A stretch of 64,000 nt of DNA from Bacteroidia bacterium (GCA_025454975.1 JALONK010000008.1:7569-71568), one strand, 5' to 3'; numbered from the stretch's first letter, positions 43,683 through 54,317 are shown. Notes: generated from the letters alone by a model not told the origin. Numbers and translations: made by a program.

Positions 43683-44510
43683 ATGTATAACTATTTTATC
43701 TTTTGGACAGGTATATTATGCCTGTTCAACCCTGTGCATGCACAGCAAATTTATGGAACTTCCGGGGCTGAATCTGCAATGTTAGGAGGTGTAAGTGTTG
43801 TATTATCAAATGCTTATGCCGTCGTCAATAATCCTGCTCAACTAACCAGCCTGAAGAATTGGCAAGCCGGTTTATACAATGAAAATCGCTTCAATCAAAA
43901 AGAATTACAATACTCAAATTTTTCTATAAATGTTCCAATAAAATACTTTTCCGCCGGTTTTGGAATCAATTATTATGGTTTCGACCAATTTAACCAGCAA
44001 CGTTATATGCTGGCATTGGCTTCTAAAATCTCACAACAATTTTCTGCGGGTATTCAACTTAATTATGCTGTAACACAAATGGGTGAATATGGCGCTGCCG
44101 GAACTTGGCTTATTGGATTAGGCCTTAAACTTCAAATAACAACCAAACTCCAATCTTCCTTTTTTGTATTCAATCCCAACCAAGCTAATCAAAAAAGGTT
44201 AAATAGTATAAATATCCCAACTTACGCTCGATTGGGCTTTAAACATCAGGTTAATAAAAAAGTAAATGCTAATGTAGAGTTTGAGCAAGCCATAGAACAA
44301 CCTTTCATTTTAAGGTTTGGAATAGGCTACGACCTCAGTCAATCCTTCGGTTTAGGAACCGGATTTGCCGTTAATCCCGTGATTTATTCTTTTGGTTTCT
44401 ACTATAAATCTTTACGAACACAAGTTCATCTGGCTTCACAGATTCATCAAATACTGGGTTTTACCCCAATGGCTTCTTTGCTAGTTCCGGTTAACAAAGA
44501 GTTAAAGTAA
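43683..44510 (+). CDS. Outer-membrane beta-barrel protein (hypothetical)
   Basis: Signal peptide MYNYFIFWTGILCLFNPVHAQ; alternating aromatic/Gly strands; C-terminal ...F-like residues. Start at ATG 43683 preferred over TTG 43623. Confidence 0.5.
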   Translation: MYNYFIFWTGILCLFNPVHAQQIYGTSGAESAMLGGVSVVLSNAYAVVNNPAQLTSLKNWQAGLYNENRFNQKELQYSNFSINVPIKYFSAGFGINYYGFDQFNQQRYMLALASKISQQFSAGIQLNYAVTQMGEYGAAGTWLIGLGLKLQITTKLQSSFFVFNPNQANQKRLNSINIPTYARLGFKHQVNKKVNANVEFEQAIEQPFILRFGIGYDLSQSFGLGTGFAVNPVIYSFGFYYKSLRTQVHLASQIHQILGFTPMASLLVPVNKELK

Positions 44511-46582
44511 TGATGAATAAATTATTTGCATTATTGCTTGCTTTTAGCTTGACAATAAATACCTATGCTCAATTGTTACGCGAATCGGTTGAATCAATTA
44601 TAGAAACCTTGATGGAACGGCGTATCGAACAAAGTGAATCTAATTTAGATTATAACGATTTACAAGCTCACCTCCTTCATTATGCTGAAAATAAACTTGA
44701 CCTTAATAAGGTTACTCACAGTGAACTTCAACAATTATTTTTTTTAAGTGAACTTCAAATTCAAGCCATCATCAGTCATCGTAATTTATATGGCAATTTC
44801 CTCTCTGTTTATGAATTACAAACTATAAATGCATTGGATGAAAACACCATTTATTTCCTGTCTTATTTTGTTGCTGTTGATGAAGATTGGCAGGCGAATC
44901 AAACTAACTTGTTAGCTATGTTTAAGGAATCAAATCATGAATTTATATGGTTAGCCGATACTGAATTGCAACAACGCAAAGGTTATAAAGCTGTTGATTC
45001 TCTTACGGCTTCTAATCATTATTTGGGCAGACAAATTCGTCAAGTGTTCCGATACCGAATGTCATTCGGACAACATCTAAGTATTGGATATTCGGGTGAG
45101 AAAGATGCAGGGGAGGCTTTTGCCTTTCAATCAAAAATTAAAGGATTTGATTTTCATTCAGCTCATGTATTTTATCAACCTCCAAAAGGATTAATAAAGG
45201 TAATTGCACTAGGCGATTATCAAATAAATATTGGGCAAGGCCTCACTTTTAGTTCCGGAATAGGTGCTCGCAAAGGCGCGTTAGTACTTGATGTTAGAAG
45301 AAGTAACCAGGTGATTAGGCCTTACCGCTCACTAAATGAAAATGAATTCTTAAGAGGTACTGCTGTCACCTTTCGATATAAGAATTTTAATGGTACCGCA
45401 TTTGGTAGTCGAAAGCCTATTACAACAAACCTAACTTTAACAGATAATGCCGATAATGATACATATTTTACTTCTATTACAGCCTCAGGATTACATCGTA
45501 CCCCTGCCGAGTTAAAAAGGAAAAACAATGTTTTACAAACCATAGCCGGCCTGCAAATGGCTTTTCAATTTAATAAAATAGAAATTGGATTGTTGCGCGT
45601 TCATGCCTTTTATAATCAAAGTATAAAACAAGGCGACGCACCATATCAAAAATATCAATTTTCAGGAAACCAACTTCAACATTCTGGTTTGTACTACAAT
45701 TATCAATGGCGTAATTTCAATTCCTTTGGCGAATTCTCCTTAAATGATAATGGCGCTTATGCATTTACTGCTGGTTGTGTTATTGCATTAGATGTATCTT
45801 TAGATTTAATATGCTTATATCGAAACTTTGCTAAAAATTATCAAACCACATTTGCTAATCCATTTGCTGAGTTTGCTGATGTGAAAAATGAACAAGGGTA
45901 TTACTCCGGTTTTATGTTTAAATTAAATCGAAAGTGGAATTGGAATGGCTATATTGATATTTATCAAAGCAAATGGCTAAGATACCTTGTTGATGGACCG
46001 TCTTATGGTATGGATGTTTTACAAGAATTACATTTTCAACCTTCTAAAAAAACACAGATGTATTTTAGATTTAAAAGAGAAATTCGTCAACGCAATCAAC
46101 CGGATAATTTAACAGTTAGTGATTATTTAAATGAACAAATCAGGTCGAATTATCGATTACATCTTCAACAAAAAGTATCCATTCTCCTTACTTTAAAATC
46201 AAGAATTGAACTGGTAACTTTTGCACTCGAAGGTAACAAGCAACAAACAGGTGTATTAATTTTTCAAGATGCAAGCTGGCGCAATCAAACAAATAAGTTT
46301 AGTATAACCTCTCGATTGGCTTTATTTAACGTTGATGATTACAATGCGAGGGTTTATGCAGCGGAGAATGATGTGTTGCATCAGTTTTCTGTTCCAATGT
46401 ATCAGTATAGCGGCGTACGTATGTATGTTGTTGTCAGGTTAAAGCTTAGGCGAAATCTTGATGTATGGCTTAAACTTAGCGAAACCAAATATTCTAACGT
46501 AAATACAATAAGTTCAGGGCTTGAGTTGATTAATGGAAACAGAATTACTGATGTGCGACTGCAAATGAGGTATAATTTTTAG
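44510..46582 (+). CDS. Helix-hairpin-helix (ComEA-like) domain protein fused to a large beta-barrel-like domain
   Basis: 690 aa; signal peptide; N-terminal LNKVTHSELQQLFFLSELQIQAIISHRNLYGNFLSVYELQTINALDENTIYFL resembles tandem HhH; C-terminal ~500 aa beta-rich; ends in F; 1-nt overlap with the preceding OMP gene. Confidence 0.5.
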   Translation: MMNKLFALLLAFSLTINTYAQLLRESVESIIETLMERRIEQSESNLDYNDLQAHLLHYAENKLDLNKVTHSELQQLFFLSELQIQAIISHRNLYGNFLSVYELQTINALDENTIYFLSYFVAVDEDWQANQTNLLAMFKESNHEFIWLADTELQQRKGYKAVDSLTASNHYLGRQIRQVFRYRMSFGQHLSIGYSGEKDAGEAFAFQSKIKGFDFHSAHVFYQPPKGLIKVIALGDYQINIGQGLTFSSGIGARKGALVLDVRRSNQVIRPYRSLNENEFLRGTAVTFRYKNFNGTAFGSRKPITTNLTLTDNADNDTYFTSITASGLHRTPAELKRKNNVLQTIAGLQMAFQFNKIEIGLLRVHAFYNQSIKQGDAPYQKYQFSGNQLQHSGLYYNYQWRNFNSFGEFSLNDNGAYAFTAGCVIALDVSLDLICLYRNFAKNYQTTFANPFAEFADVKNEQGYYSGFMFKLNRKWNWNGYIDIYQSKWLRYLVDGPSYGMDVLQELHFQPSKKTQMYFRFKREIRQRNQPDNLTVSDYLNEQIRSNYRLHLQQKVSILLTLKSRIELVTFALEGNKQQTGVLIFQDASWRNQTNKFSITSRLALFNVDDYNARVYAAENDVLHQFSVPMYQYSGVRMYVVVRLKLRRNLDVWLKLSETKYSNVNTISSGLELINGNRITDVRLQMRYNF

Positions 46583-46783
46583 TGTCAATTTTTTGGAAGT
46601 TGTTAATGTAAAAACTTTATGCGAGGATGCTTGATGGAATTTACGTGGTAGTGATTGATGGTTTTTATTTTACAGCAAAGAGAATAGTTATTGCCCCAGA
46701 TGTTCTTACTTTTTAGATGCTTTATGACTATAGTTTTTTTTGTGCTATGGATCTACTTTATCGAAAAATATTAGCGCAAATAA

Positions 46784-47311
46784 TTATTGCTTCAATAAGT
46801 CGCCCCAACCGGCCCTGTAAATTTTTCCGTTATTGTTATAAAATCCATAATACAAACGATAAAAATTTGGCGGTAGTGCCGATAAGTTAAAGGCAATATT
46901 ATGCCTTCCTTTGGGTAACTTCACAAATGATTCTACCAATACTTCCAATTGCGCATTTACAATAAAGTATTTCAATCCGCATGCATCACTTACTTCGAAT
47001 CTAAAGGTGGCATTATTAACTAATGGATTTGGGAAGAAAACAGGTTGACTTATTTGATAAACATCTGCTAAAAATGAATAATCAACCTCGGTTAATCTGG
47101 TGTTAAATAAATGTATTACGGAATCCGGTAAAATAGTATCGGTTTGCCAATCTGTTTTATCTTCTCCACCTAAAGGATTCGCATTGATATCTTTTTCTGC
47201 AATTCCTGAAATATCTATCACTACCGGGCGTTTGGGTTTGTAAATGATACCATCTTTACGGCAACTGAAACAAGCCAATCCAAAGAAGAGATAAAGAAGA
47301 CAGTGGCGCAT
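46784..47311 (-). CDS. Lipoprotein, function unknown
   Basis: 175 aa; LACFSC lipobox. Confidence 0.5.
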   Translation of the reverse strand: MRHCLLYLFFGLACFSCRKDGIIYKPKRPVVIDISGIAEKDINANPLGGEDKTDWQTDTILPDSVIHLFNTRLTEVDYSFLADVYQISQPVFFPNPLVNNATFRFEVSDACGLKYFIVNAQLEVLVESFVKLPKGRHNIAFNLSALPPNFYRLYYGFYNNNGKIYRAGWGDLLKQ

Positions 47312-47322
47312 CTTACAAAAAA

Positions 47323-47622
47323 TTATTGAACAGATTTATCTAAGAATTTTGGAACCCTAAAGTAATCACTATCTTTCGATGGTGCATTTTTTAGTGCTTC
47401 TTCTTTACTAATAGGTTGGTTAACCTCGTCTTTTCTTAAAACATTAGTTTCTTCGGTTAAAAAAATTAAAGGTTCAACATGCGTAGTATCAATTTCATTT
47501 AATTTTTCGAAAAATCCGGTGATGCGCGTTAAATCACCTTTGAGTAGTTCTTTTTCTGCAACGTCAAATTCAAGTTTAGCCAGGTCGGCTAATTTATCAA
47601 TCATTTCATTGGTGATATCCAT
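47323..47622 (-). CDS. gatC: Asp-tRNA(Asn)/Glu-tRNA(Gln) amidotransferase subunit C
   Basis: 99 aa; MDITNEMIDKLADLAKLEF... matches the GatC family. Confidence 0.8.
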   Translation of the reverse strand: MDITNEMIDKLADLAKLEFDVAEKELLKGDLTRITGFFEKLNEIDTTHVEPLIFLTEETNVLRKDEVNQPISKEEALKNAPSKDSDYFRVPKFLDKSVQ

Positions 47623-48382
47623 AGTCTGCTAATTTATTTTTCATTAATTCGTAAACCTGTTCTTTTAGAACAGGAATGTCATCAACTGTTAAGCCCACTG
47701 TTGATATAGGTGGATGCACATATTGATAAACTTTTCCGGGTTTAAATCGCAATTTACCATTATCAGGTAATACTTCCCAATTTTTAATAATGGTAACGGG
47801 TAACAGAGGAGTTTGTGTTTCAACTGCCAATTTAAAAGCGCCGTCCTTAAATCTTCCTAATGTTGGCGTATTTCCCGGTATGGTACCCTCCGGAAATAAA
47901 ACAATACTTTTTTTCTCATCTTTAAGTTGATTAACTGCTCGTTGATAAGCCATGGCTGCATGTCGGGCATTTTTTCTATCCACCGAAATGTCAATTGTTC
48001 TAAAAAAAATACCAAAAATGGGGACACGTGCCAATTCAATTTTAGCCATAAAATTGAAGTTGATATTGAGCTTTACCGTAAGTGTAACAATGTCTAATTT
48101 ACTCGTGTGATTTGGTACAATCACATAGGCAGTATTTTTTTTATCAAACACTGTTTCTTCCTTATGTTTTACCCAAATACCTCCGGCAAAAAATAACCAC
48201 CTGCCCCATACTTTTCTAAGAAAATGTCCGTATTTGTATCTTTTTTCATTGCTTAATGTATAAGCAAAACCGGGATATAATATTGTAAATCCGATTCCTG
48301 TGATGATAGCAAAATAAATAGCTAAAATCAGTTTTATAAAATCTTTTATTTTATGCAAGGTGTTGATGTTTATTTTCCCCAA
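47606..48382 (-). CDS. plsC: 1-acyl-sn-glycerol-3-phosphate acyltransferase
   Basis: 258 aa; N-terminal TM; NHTSKLD (HX4D) and FPEGT motifs. Confidence 0.8.
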   Translation of the reverse strand: MGKININTLHKIKDFIKLILAIYFAIITGIGFTILYPGFAYTLSNEKRYKYGHFLRKVWGRWLFFAGGIWVKHKEETVFDKKNTAYVIVPNHTSKLDIVTLTVKLNINFNFMAKIELARVPIFGIFFRTIDISVDRKNARHAAMAYQRAVNQLKDEKKSIVLFPEGTIPGNTPTLGRFKDGAFKLAVETQTPLLPVTIIKNWEVLPDNGKLRFKPGKVYQYVHPPISTVGLTVDDIPVLKEQVYELMKNKLADYGYHQ

Positions 48383-49011
48383 CTTTCAGGTGATTTTCTC
48401 CATTCACTTAATAAACCTAATTGATCAGCAGCAATAATATTTTTTTGTATGGCAACTTCAATTAAACTGTTGTAATTACTTAATGAATAGTAAGTACAAT
48501 TGGCTTGTTCAAATGCTTGTTTGGCAGCATCAAAACCATAAGTGAAAATACTAACCATTCCTAATACTTCACATCCATATTCTCGTAACGTTTGTACCGC
48601 TTGTAAACTGCTTTTTCCTGTTGAAACCAAGTCTTCAACTACAACTACTTTTTTGGTTGAAGGGATATCTCCTTCTACTTGTTTACCCATTCCATGTTTC
48701 TTTGCCTCACTTCGAACATAGCCAAATGGTAACGATAACTCGTCGGCCACTAAAGCACCCGGAGCAATACCTGCTGTTGCTACACCTATAATAGCTTCAG
48801 CACCTGCAAAGTGTTGTTTGATGAGTAACCCCAGTTGTTGTTTAATATAATTTCGCACAACAGGATGGGATAACGACATCCTATTATCACTGTAAATTGG
48901 CGATTTCCATCCACTGGTCCACGTAAATGGATGTTCAGGATTTAGCTTTACTGCATTAATTTCTAATAAATATTCCGCTATCTTCGCTGCTGTATGTTCT
49001 ACTTGATTCAT
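48370..49011 (-). CDS. pyrE: Orotate phosphoribosyltransferase
   Basis: PRPP-binding VVVVEDLVSTGKS and GRKSP-like SGWKSPIY; start at MNQVEHT (49011) rather than 49053. Confidence 0.85.
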   Translation of the reverse strand: MNQVEHTAAKIAEYLLEINAVKLNPEHPFTWTSGWKSPIYSDNRMSLSHPVVRNYIKQQLGLLIKQHFAGAEAIIGVATAGIAPGALVADELSLPFGYVRSEAKKHGMGKQVEGDIPSTKKVVVVEDLVSTGKSSLQAVQTLREYGCEVLGMVSIFTYGFDAAKQAFEQANCTYYSLSNYNSLIEVAIQKNIIAADQLGLLSEWRKSPESWGK

Positions 49012-49018
49012 CGCGCAA

Positions 49019-49642
49019 ATGTATAAAATTTTCATCAACGATAAGCCTTTCATTTTAACTAATACGCCAATCAGTAATGTTGCCTATAAAGGTTGTATTC
49101 GAGTTGAGTATGACCCTTTAAAAACGGCGCAATATTTAAAAGACATTGATTCTATGAAGCATAAAGGATTTGTGCTTGTTACTGATGACTTAGATTTTGC
49201 ATTTAACGATCTGGCCTCTCACATGGTAAACTTGGAAGCAGCCGGAGGTTTGGTTTTTAATGAACATCAAGAACTGTTAATGATTAAGCGATTAGGTAAA
49301 TGGGATTTGCCAAAAGGTAAATTAGATGGTGATGAATCGCCTGAACAAGCCGCCATTCGTGAAGTGGAGGAGGAGTGTAATATAAAAGATTTATCGGTGT
49401 TAAAACAGCTGCCAAGCACTTATCATGTGTATAAGATGAAAAATTTCCGGTTCCTGAAAACAACCTACTGGTTTAAAATGCAAACCCATAGCAAGCAACA
49501 TTTAAAGCCTCAGGTAGAAGAGCAAATTACAGAAGTGGCATGGAAAAAATGGAACGATTTAGCAATTGATTCATTAGATACCTATGATTCAATTGCTGAT
49601 TTATTAAATGAAGTTAAGTTGATTGAAATTCAAAACAACTAA
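49019..49642 (+). CDS. NUDIX hydrolase
   Basis: Nudix box GKWDLPKGKLDGDESPEQAAIREVEEECNI. Confidence 0.8.
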   Translation: MYKIFINDKPFILTNTPISNVAYKGCIRVEYDPLKTAQYLKDIDSMKHKGFVLVTDDLDFAFNDLASHMVNLEAAGGLVFNEHQELLMIKRLGKWDLPKGKLDGDESPEQAAIREVEEECNIKDLSVLKQLPSTYHVYKMKNFRFLKTTYWFKMQTHSKQHLKPQVEEQITEVAWKKWNDLAIDSLDTYDSIADLLNEVKLIEIQNN

Positions 49643-49677
49643 TTAAAACCTGCTGTCGTCTTAGTTTAGCCAGATAG

Positions 49678-49712
49678 AAACAACGCCCATGGCCTGAGCG
49701 TTGTTTTATTTA
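49678..49712 (+). terminator. Rho-independent terminator after the NUDIX gene (also 3' of the convergent alaS)
   Basis: AACAACGC-ccatggcctga-GCGTTGTT followed by TTTATTTATATTT. Confidence 0.7.
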
Positions 49713-49715
49713 TAT

Positions 49716-52559
49716 TTAAATTATAATCTGTTTTGCTTCCTTAAGTGCTTCGTTTAAACCACTGCTGTTGTTTCCGCCTGCTGTTGCATAAAATGGTTGT
49801 CCACCACCACCACCTTGGATATGCTTAGCTAAGGTTTTAACTAAATTACCTGCATGCAATTTTTTATCCGCAACTACAGCATCGCTTATAATTATGCTTA
49901 ACATGGGTTTGTTATTGATTTCACAACCCAATACACAAAACAAATTATCAATATCATTTTTTAACTGAAAAGATAAGTTTTTTAATTGTTCGGCTGATGA
50001 AATTTCAACGCGTTCAACCAATACATTCACCTCATTCTTTGATATGGTTTTTTGTTTGAGTTCTTGTTTTAATATGAGTGTTTTTTCAGCCTCTAATGTT
50101 TCAATTTTTTTCTGTAATTCACTCTTGTCGGTTATTAATTGTTCAACCGATTTTGTGAGGTCTTTAGTTTTTAATAAATCCTTTAGGCTATTTACCACAT
50201 CAAATTGTTCTTGGATTAATACTTCTGAAGCTTCTGATGTTAGAGCCTCAATCCTACGTACACCGGCTGCAACGGCACTTTCACTCACAATTTTAAAATA
50301 ACCGATTTCTCCTGTAGCTTTAACATGTGTACCTCCGCATAACTCACGACTGTAGTTTTTATCAAAAGTTATTACTCGTACACTATCTCCATACTTTTCG
50401 CCAAACAACATCATGGCTCCCATGGTTTGCGCCTCGGCTATAGGCACATTTCTGCGTTCATCTAAAAGAATATTTTCACGAATTTTTTCATTCACCAAAT
50501 GTTCTACTTCTTTTAATTCATCAGCAGTCATCGCCGAAAAATGTGCAAAATCAAAACGTAAATAATCTTTGTTAACTAAACTGCCTTTTTGTTGTACATG
50601 AGTTCCCAAAACTTTCCTCAAAGCTGCATGTAATAAATGTGTTGCACTATGATTAGCTTCGGTCTGTTTACGTTTACTTTCATCCACTGATGCAGTAAAT
50701 GTACTTTCTACATTTTCGGGGAGAATGTCTGTAAAGTGGATGATTAAATTGTTTTCCTTTTTAGTATCAACAATAAGAATTTTTTCATTCGCATTGCTTA
50801 TAAAACCTGTATCACCAACCTGACCACCACCTTCAGGGTAAAATGGTGTTTGATTAAATACCAATTGGTAACTTTCTTTTCCTTTAGCTTTTATTTTACG
50901 GTATTTGATAATTTTAACAGATGACTCCATCACATCGTAACCTAAAAACTCGGTAGCTTGTTCTTCACCTACCAATACCCAATCGTCGGTGGTTAGTTCT
51001 GTTGCTTTGCGCGAACGTTCTTTTTGTTGTTGAAGTGCTGCTTCGAAACCTGCTTCATCAACTGTAAATCCATATTCTGAGGCAATTAATCTGGTTAAAT
51101 CTATTGGAAAGCCGAAAGTGTCTGACAGTTCGAAAACCACAGAACCACTTATTCTTAAAACATGATTTCTTAGAGCTGAATATTGAGACTCAAAATCAAT
51201 ATTAGCTTGGTCTAAAACAGTCAATAGTTCTTGTTCTGAGAAGGATGTTTTAGAGTCATCTTTAATTGATGAAGCAATTCTCATTGCCAGCCTTCTGGAT
51301 GCATTATTAACTAGTGGGCCAGAAAATGATTTGATTATTTCATCTGTTCTTTCTGATGGACTTATTCCATCAATTATATTCTTAAAATTGGTGAATTTTT
51401 CTATTTCGCCATCCAATCTTCTTAGTCCATTTTCTAACGTCTTCAAAAAGCTATATTCTTCTTCTTTAATTACTTTAGCCACAAATTCTTTTTGCGCAAA
51501 TAATTCAGGGAAAACGTTTTTAAAACTATCGGCGATGAGTACTGCCAACTTGCACAAGAAAGGTTCTTTTACATTTAAAAATTGGTATTGATAACGAACT
51601 GCTCTGCGTAAAATTCTTCTAATCACATAACCTGCACCGTTGTTGCTTGGTAATTGTCCGTCGGCAATAGCAAAACTAATCGCACGAATATGATCGGCCA
51701 ACACACGCATAGCCACGTCCGGTTTGCTGTCGCTAAATCCATAAGTTAATCCTGAGTGTTGTTCAATAAACTTAATCGTTGGCACAAACACATCAGTATC
51801 GTAGTTTGATGATTTCCCTTCTATGGCACGCACCAAACGTTCAAAGCCCATTCCGGTGTCTACGTGTTGGGCAGGAAGTTTTTCCAAAGTTCCATCAGCC
51901 TTTCTATTAAACTCCATAAACACATTGTTCCAGATTTCAATTACCTGCGGATGGTCGTTATTCACCAGTGTTTTTCCATCAACCTGTTTACGTTCTTCAT
52001 CGTTGCGTAAATCAATATGAATTTCTGAGCAAGGGCCACAAGGACCTGTATCACCCATTTCCCAGAAGTTATCTTTTTTATTGCCCTTTAAAATTCTGTC
52101 CTCAGCAATCCATTTTTTCCATTCATTCAACGCATCAGTATCCGGAGCTAGTCCTTCCTTATCATCACCTTCAAAATAGGTAACATACAAACGGTTTTTA
52201 TCCAAGCCGTATTCTTTGGTTAATAATTCCCAAGCCCATTCAATGGCTTCAGTTTTAAAATAGTCGCCAAAGCTCCAATTCCCAAGCATTTCAAACATGG
52301 TATGGTGGTAAGTATCTACACCAACTTCTTCCAAATCATTATGCTTTCCGCTTACACGCAAACATTTTTGAGTGTCAACCACACGTTTATATTTTGGTGT
52401 TTCATTTCCTAAAAACCAGTCTTTAAACTGATTCATTCCGGCATTGGTGAACATTAACGTTGGGTCGTTTTTCACCACAATTGGGGCGGAAGGCACAACA
52501 GTGTGGCCTTTCGATGCGAAAAAGTCGAGGAACTTTTGTCTTATTTCTGCGCTTGTCAT
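49716..52559 (-). CDS. alaS: Alanine--tRNA ligase
   Basis: 947 aa; class II catalytic core (FTNAGMNQFK...), editing-domain HxxxH...CGGTHV, C-terminal DHHA1-like GGGG. Confidence 0.95.
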   Translation of the reverse strand: MTSAEIRQKFLDFFASKGHTVVPSAPIVVKNDPTLMFTNAGMNQFKDWFLGNETPKYKRVVDTQKCLRVSGKHNDLEEVGVDTYHHTMFEMLGNWSFGDYFKTEAIEWAWELLTKEYGLDKNRLYVTYFEGDDKEGLAPDTDALNEWKKWIAEDRILKGNKKDNFWEMGDTGPCGPCSEIHIDLRNDEERKQVDGKTLVNNDHPQVIEIWNNVFMEFNRKADGTLEKLPAQHVDTGMGFERLVRAIEGKSSNYDTDVFVPTIKFIEQHSGLTYGFSDSKPDVAMRVLADHIRAISFAIADGQLPSNNGAGYVIRRILRRAVRYQYQFLNVKEPFLCKLAVLIADSFKNVFPELFAQKEFVAKVIKEEEYSFLKTLENGLRRLDGEIEKFTNFKNIIDGISPSERTDEIIKSFSGPLVNNASRRLAMRIASSIKDDSKTSFSEQELLTVLDQANIDFESQYSALRNHVLRISGSVVFELSDTFGFPIDLTRLIASEYGFTVDEAGFEAALQQQKERSRKATELTTDDWVLVGEEQATEFLGYDVMESSVKIIKYRKIKAKGKESYQLVFNQTPFYPEGGGQVGDTGFISNANEKILIVDTKKENNLIIHFTDILPENVESTFTASVDESKRKQTEANHSATHLLHAALRKVLGTHVQQKGSLVNKDYLRFDFAHFSAMTADELKEVEHLVNEKIRENILLDERRNVPIAEAQTMGAMMLFGEKYGDSVRVITFDKNYSRELCGGTHVKATGEIGYFKIVSESAVAAGVRRIEALTSEASEVLIQEQFDVVNSLKDLLKTKDLTKSVEQLITDKSELQKKIETLEAEKTLILKQELKQKTISKNEVNVLVERVEISSAEQLKNLSFQLKNDIDNLFCVLGCEINNKPMLSIIISDAVVADKKLHAGNLVKTLAKHIQGGGGGQPFYATAGGNNSSGLNEALKEAKQIII

Positions 52560-52662
52560 GTATCTTGCTATCAGCTACTTATTTTATTTATTGAGTAATT
52601 TATTTGGTAATGGTTATTTTTGAACCTTTACCCTTAAAAGAAACGTTACTTTTTCTTTCGGC

Positions 52663-53628
52663 ATGGCAAAAATAAAATACTTTTACAATCCACATAGCCT
52701 CGACTTCGAGAAAGTTAGGGTAAGCGCTCGTTCGCTTATCTTTAGGGTGTTTGGATTTTTAAGTGCAAGTATAGTTGCCGGGGCAAGTTTAATGCTTATT
52801 GCCTATTATTATATTGATTCACCTAAAGAGAAAATATTAAAACGAGAATTAGAAAATTATGAACTTCAAACCAAGTTGTTGAATCGCAAAGTAGATGGGT
52901 TGAATCAGACTTTGAATGAATTAAAGGAGCGTGATAATAGCATTTATCGAGCAATTTTTGAGGCTGACCCGGTTGATTATTCAAAAACTAAAGTTTCTTT
53001 GAGTGATTATAAAGACTTGGAGGGATTTGAAAGTAGTGAAGGCTTGAAAGCACTTATGATGCGTGTTGATGCCTTAGCTGCGCAAGTAGAGTTGCAAACT
53101 AAATCAATGGAACAATTAGCTAAATTAGCAGAAAATAAAACCGAATTTTTAGCATCAATTCCTGCCATTCAACCCATACCAAATAAAAAACTAAAGAGTA
53201 TTGCTTCCGGTTTTGGCTATCGTATGCATCCTATCTACAAAACTTATAAAATGCATACCGGTATGGATTTTACGGCTCCAACCGGAACCCCTATTTATGC
53301 TACCGGTAACGGACGTGTTGTTCCGGCAGGTGAAGAGGGCGGAAGCGGTTATGGTAACCATGTGGTAATTGACCATGGGTTTGGTTATAAATCATTATAT
53401 GCCCACATGTTTAAAATAAAAGTGCGTATGGGCGAACGGGTAAAACGCGGACAACTGATTGGATTTGTTGGTAATACGGGATTATCATCCGGTCCGCATT
53501 TGCATTATGAAGTTATTAGAAATGGGAAGAAAGTAAATCCAATAAATTATTTCTTCAACGACTTAACTGAAAGCGATTACGCTGCTATAAGAGAAATCGC
53601 AGATCGTCCTACACAATCGTTTGACTAA
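52663..53628 (+). CDS. M23 family metallopeptidase (EnvC/LytM-like) with N-terminal TM and coiled coil
   Basis: HTGMDFTAPTGTPIYATGNG, VIDHGFGYKSLYAHM, GNTGLSSGPHLHYEV. Confidence 0.85.
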   Translation: MAKIKYFYNPHSLDFEKVRVSARSLIFRVFGFLSASIVAGASLMLIAYYYIDSPKEKILKRELENYELQTKLLNRKVDGLNQTLNELKERDNSIYRAIFEADPVDYSKTKVSLSDYKDLEGFESSEGLKALMMRVDALAAQVELQTKSMEQLAKLAENKTEFLASIPAIQPIPNKKLKSIASGFGYRMHPIYKTYKMHTGMDFTAPTGTPIYATGNGRVVPAGEEGGSGYGNHVVIDHGFGYKSLYAHMFKIKVRMGERVKRGQLIGFVGNTGLSSGPHLHYEVIRNGKKVNPINYFFNDLTESDYAAIREIADRPTQSFD

Positions 53629-53648
53629 TGCTGTGTTATTTGTGTTAT

Positions 53649-54317
53649 TTACACAATAATGTATCCTTTTTTAATAGCATATACAACTAATCCGGCTGTG
53701 TTTCTCGACCCGGTTTTTTGTAGTAACCTGTTCCTGTAATTTTCAATCGTTTTTACACCAAGATGCATTAACTCAGCAATCTCGGCGTTGGTATGCTCAT
53801 TACAAATATGTTTTAATAAAGATAACTCTTGTTCATTTAAGTCTTCCGGGTTTTTAGCCTTATTGGCTTTCAAAACATCCTTATCTAATATGCTTTTTAA
53901 AAGTTTAATTGATATGTTCTGACTAAAGTAATATTCGTTATGATACACTTCTCGAATGGCTTCGGCAATTTCTTCAGGTTGTGAATCTTTTAACAGATAA
54001 CCACCCGCCCCGGCTTTAAACATGCTAACTACATGCGAATGACTTTCATAAACAGACAAACCTATGATTTTTACGTTTCGATATTTTTCTTTCACTACAG
54101 CGGTTGTTTCTGCACCATCCATGGCTTTCATCTTCATATCCATCAATATCACATCAGGGAGTTGTTTCGCTGTTCTTAACCATTCAATTGCCGCTTCACC
54201 GCTTGGTAAATCAACAAGTACTTCTAAGTCATCGAATAAATGAATAGAGGCTAGTAAGCCTGTTCTAAAAATTTGATGGTCATCAACCAATACTACTTTA
54301 ATTTTAGAGTTGTTCAT
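53649..54317 (-). CDS. Two-component response regulator, NarL/LuxR family
   Basis: REC domain (VVLVDDHQIFRTGL, ...DVILMDMKM...) plus C-terminal LuxR-type HTH. Confidence 0.85.
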   Translation of the reverse strand: MNNSKIKVVLVDDHQIFRTGLLASIHLFDDLEVLVDLPSGEAAIEWLRTAKQLPDVILMDMKMKAMDGAETTAVVKEKYRNVKIIGLSVYESHSHVVSMFKAGAGGYLLKDSQPEEIAEAIREVYHNEYYFSQNISIKLLKSILDKDVLKANKAKNPEDLNEQELSLLKHICNEHTNAEIAELMHLGVKTIENYRNRLLQKTGSRNTAGLVVYAIKKGYIIV

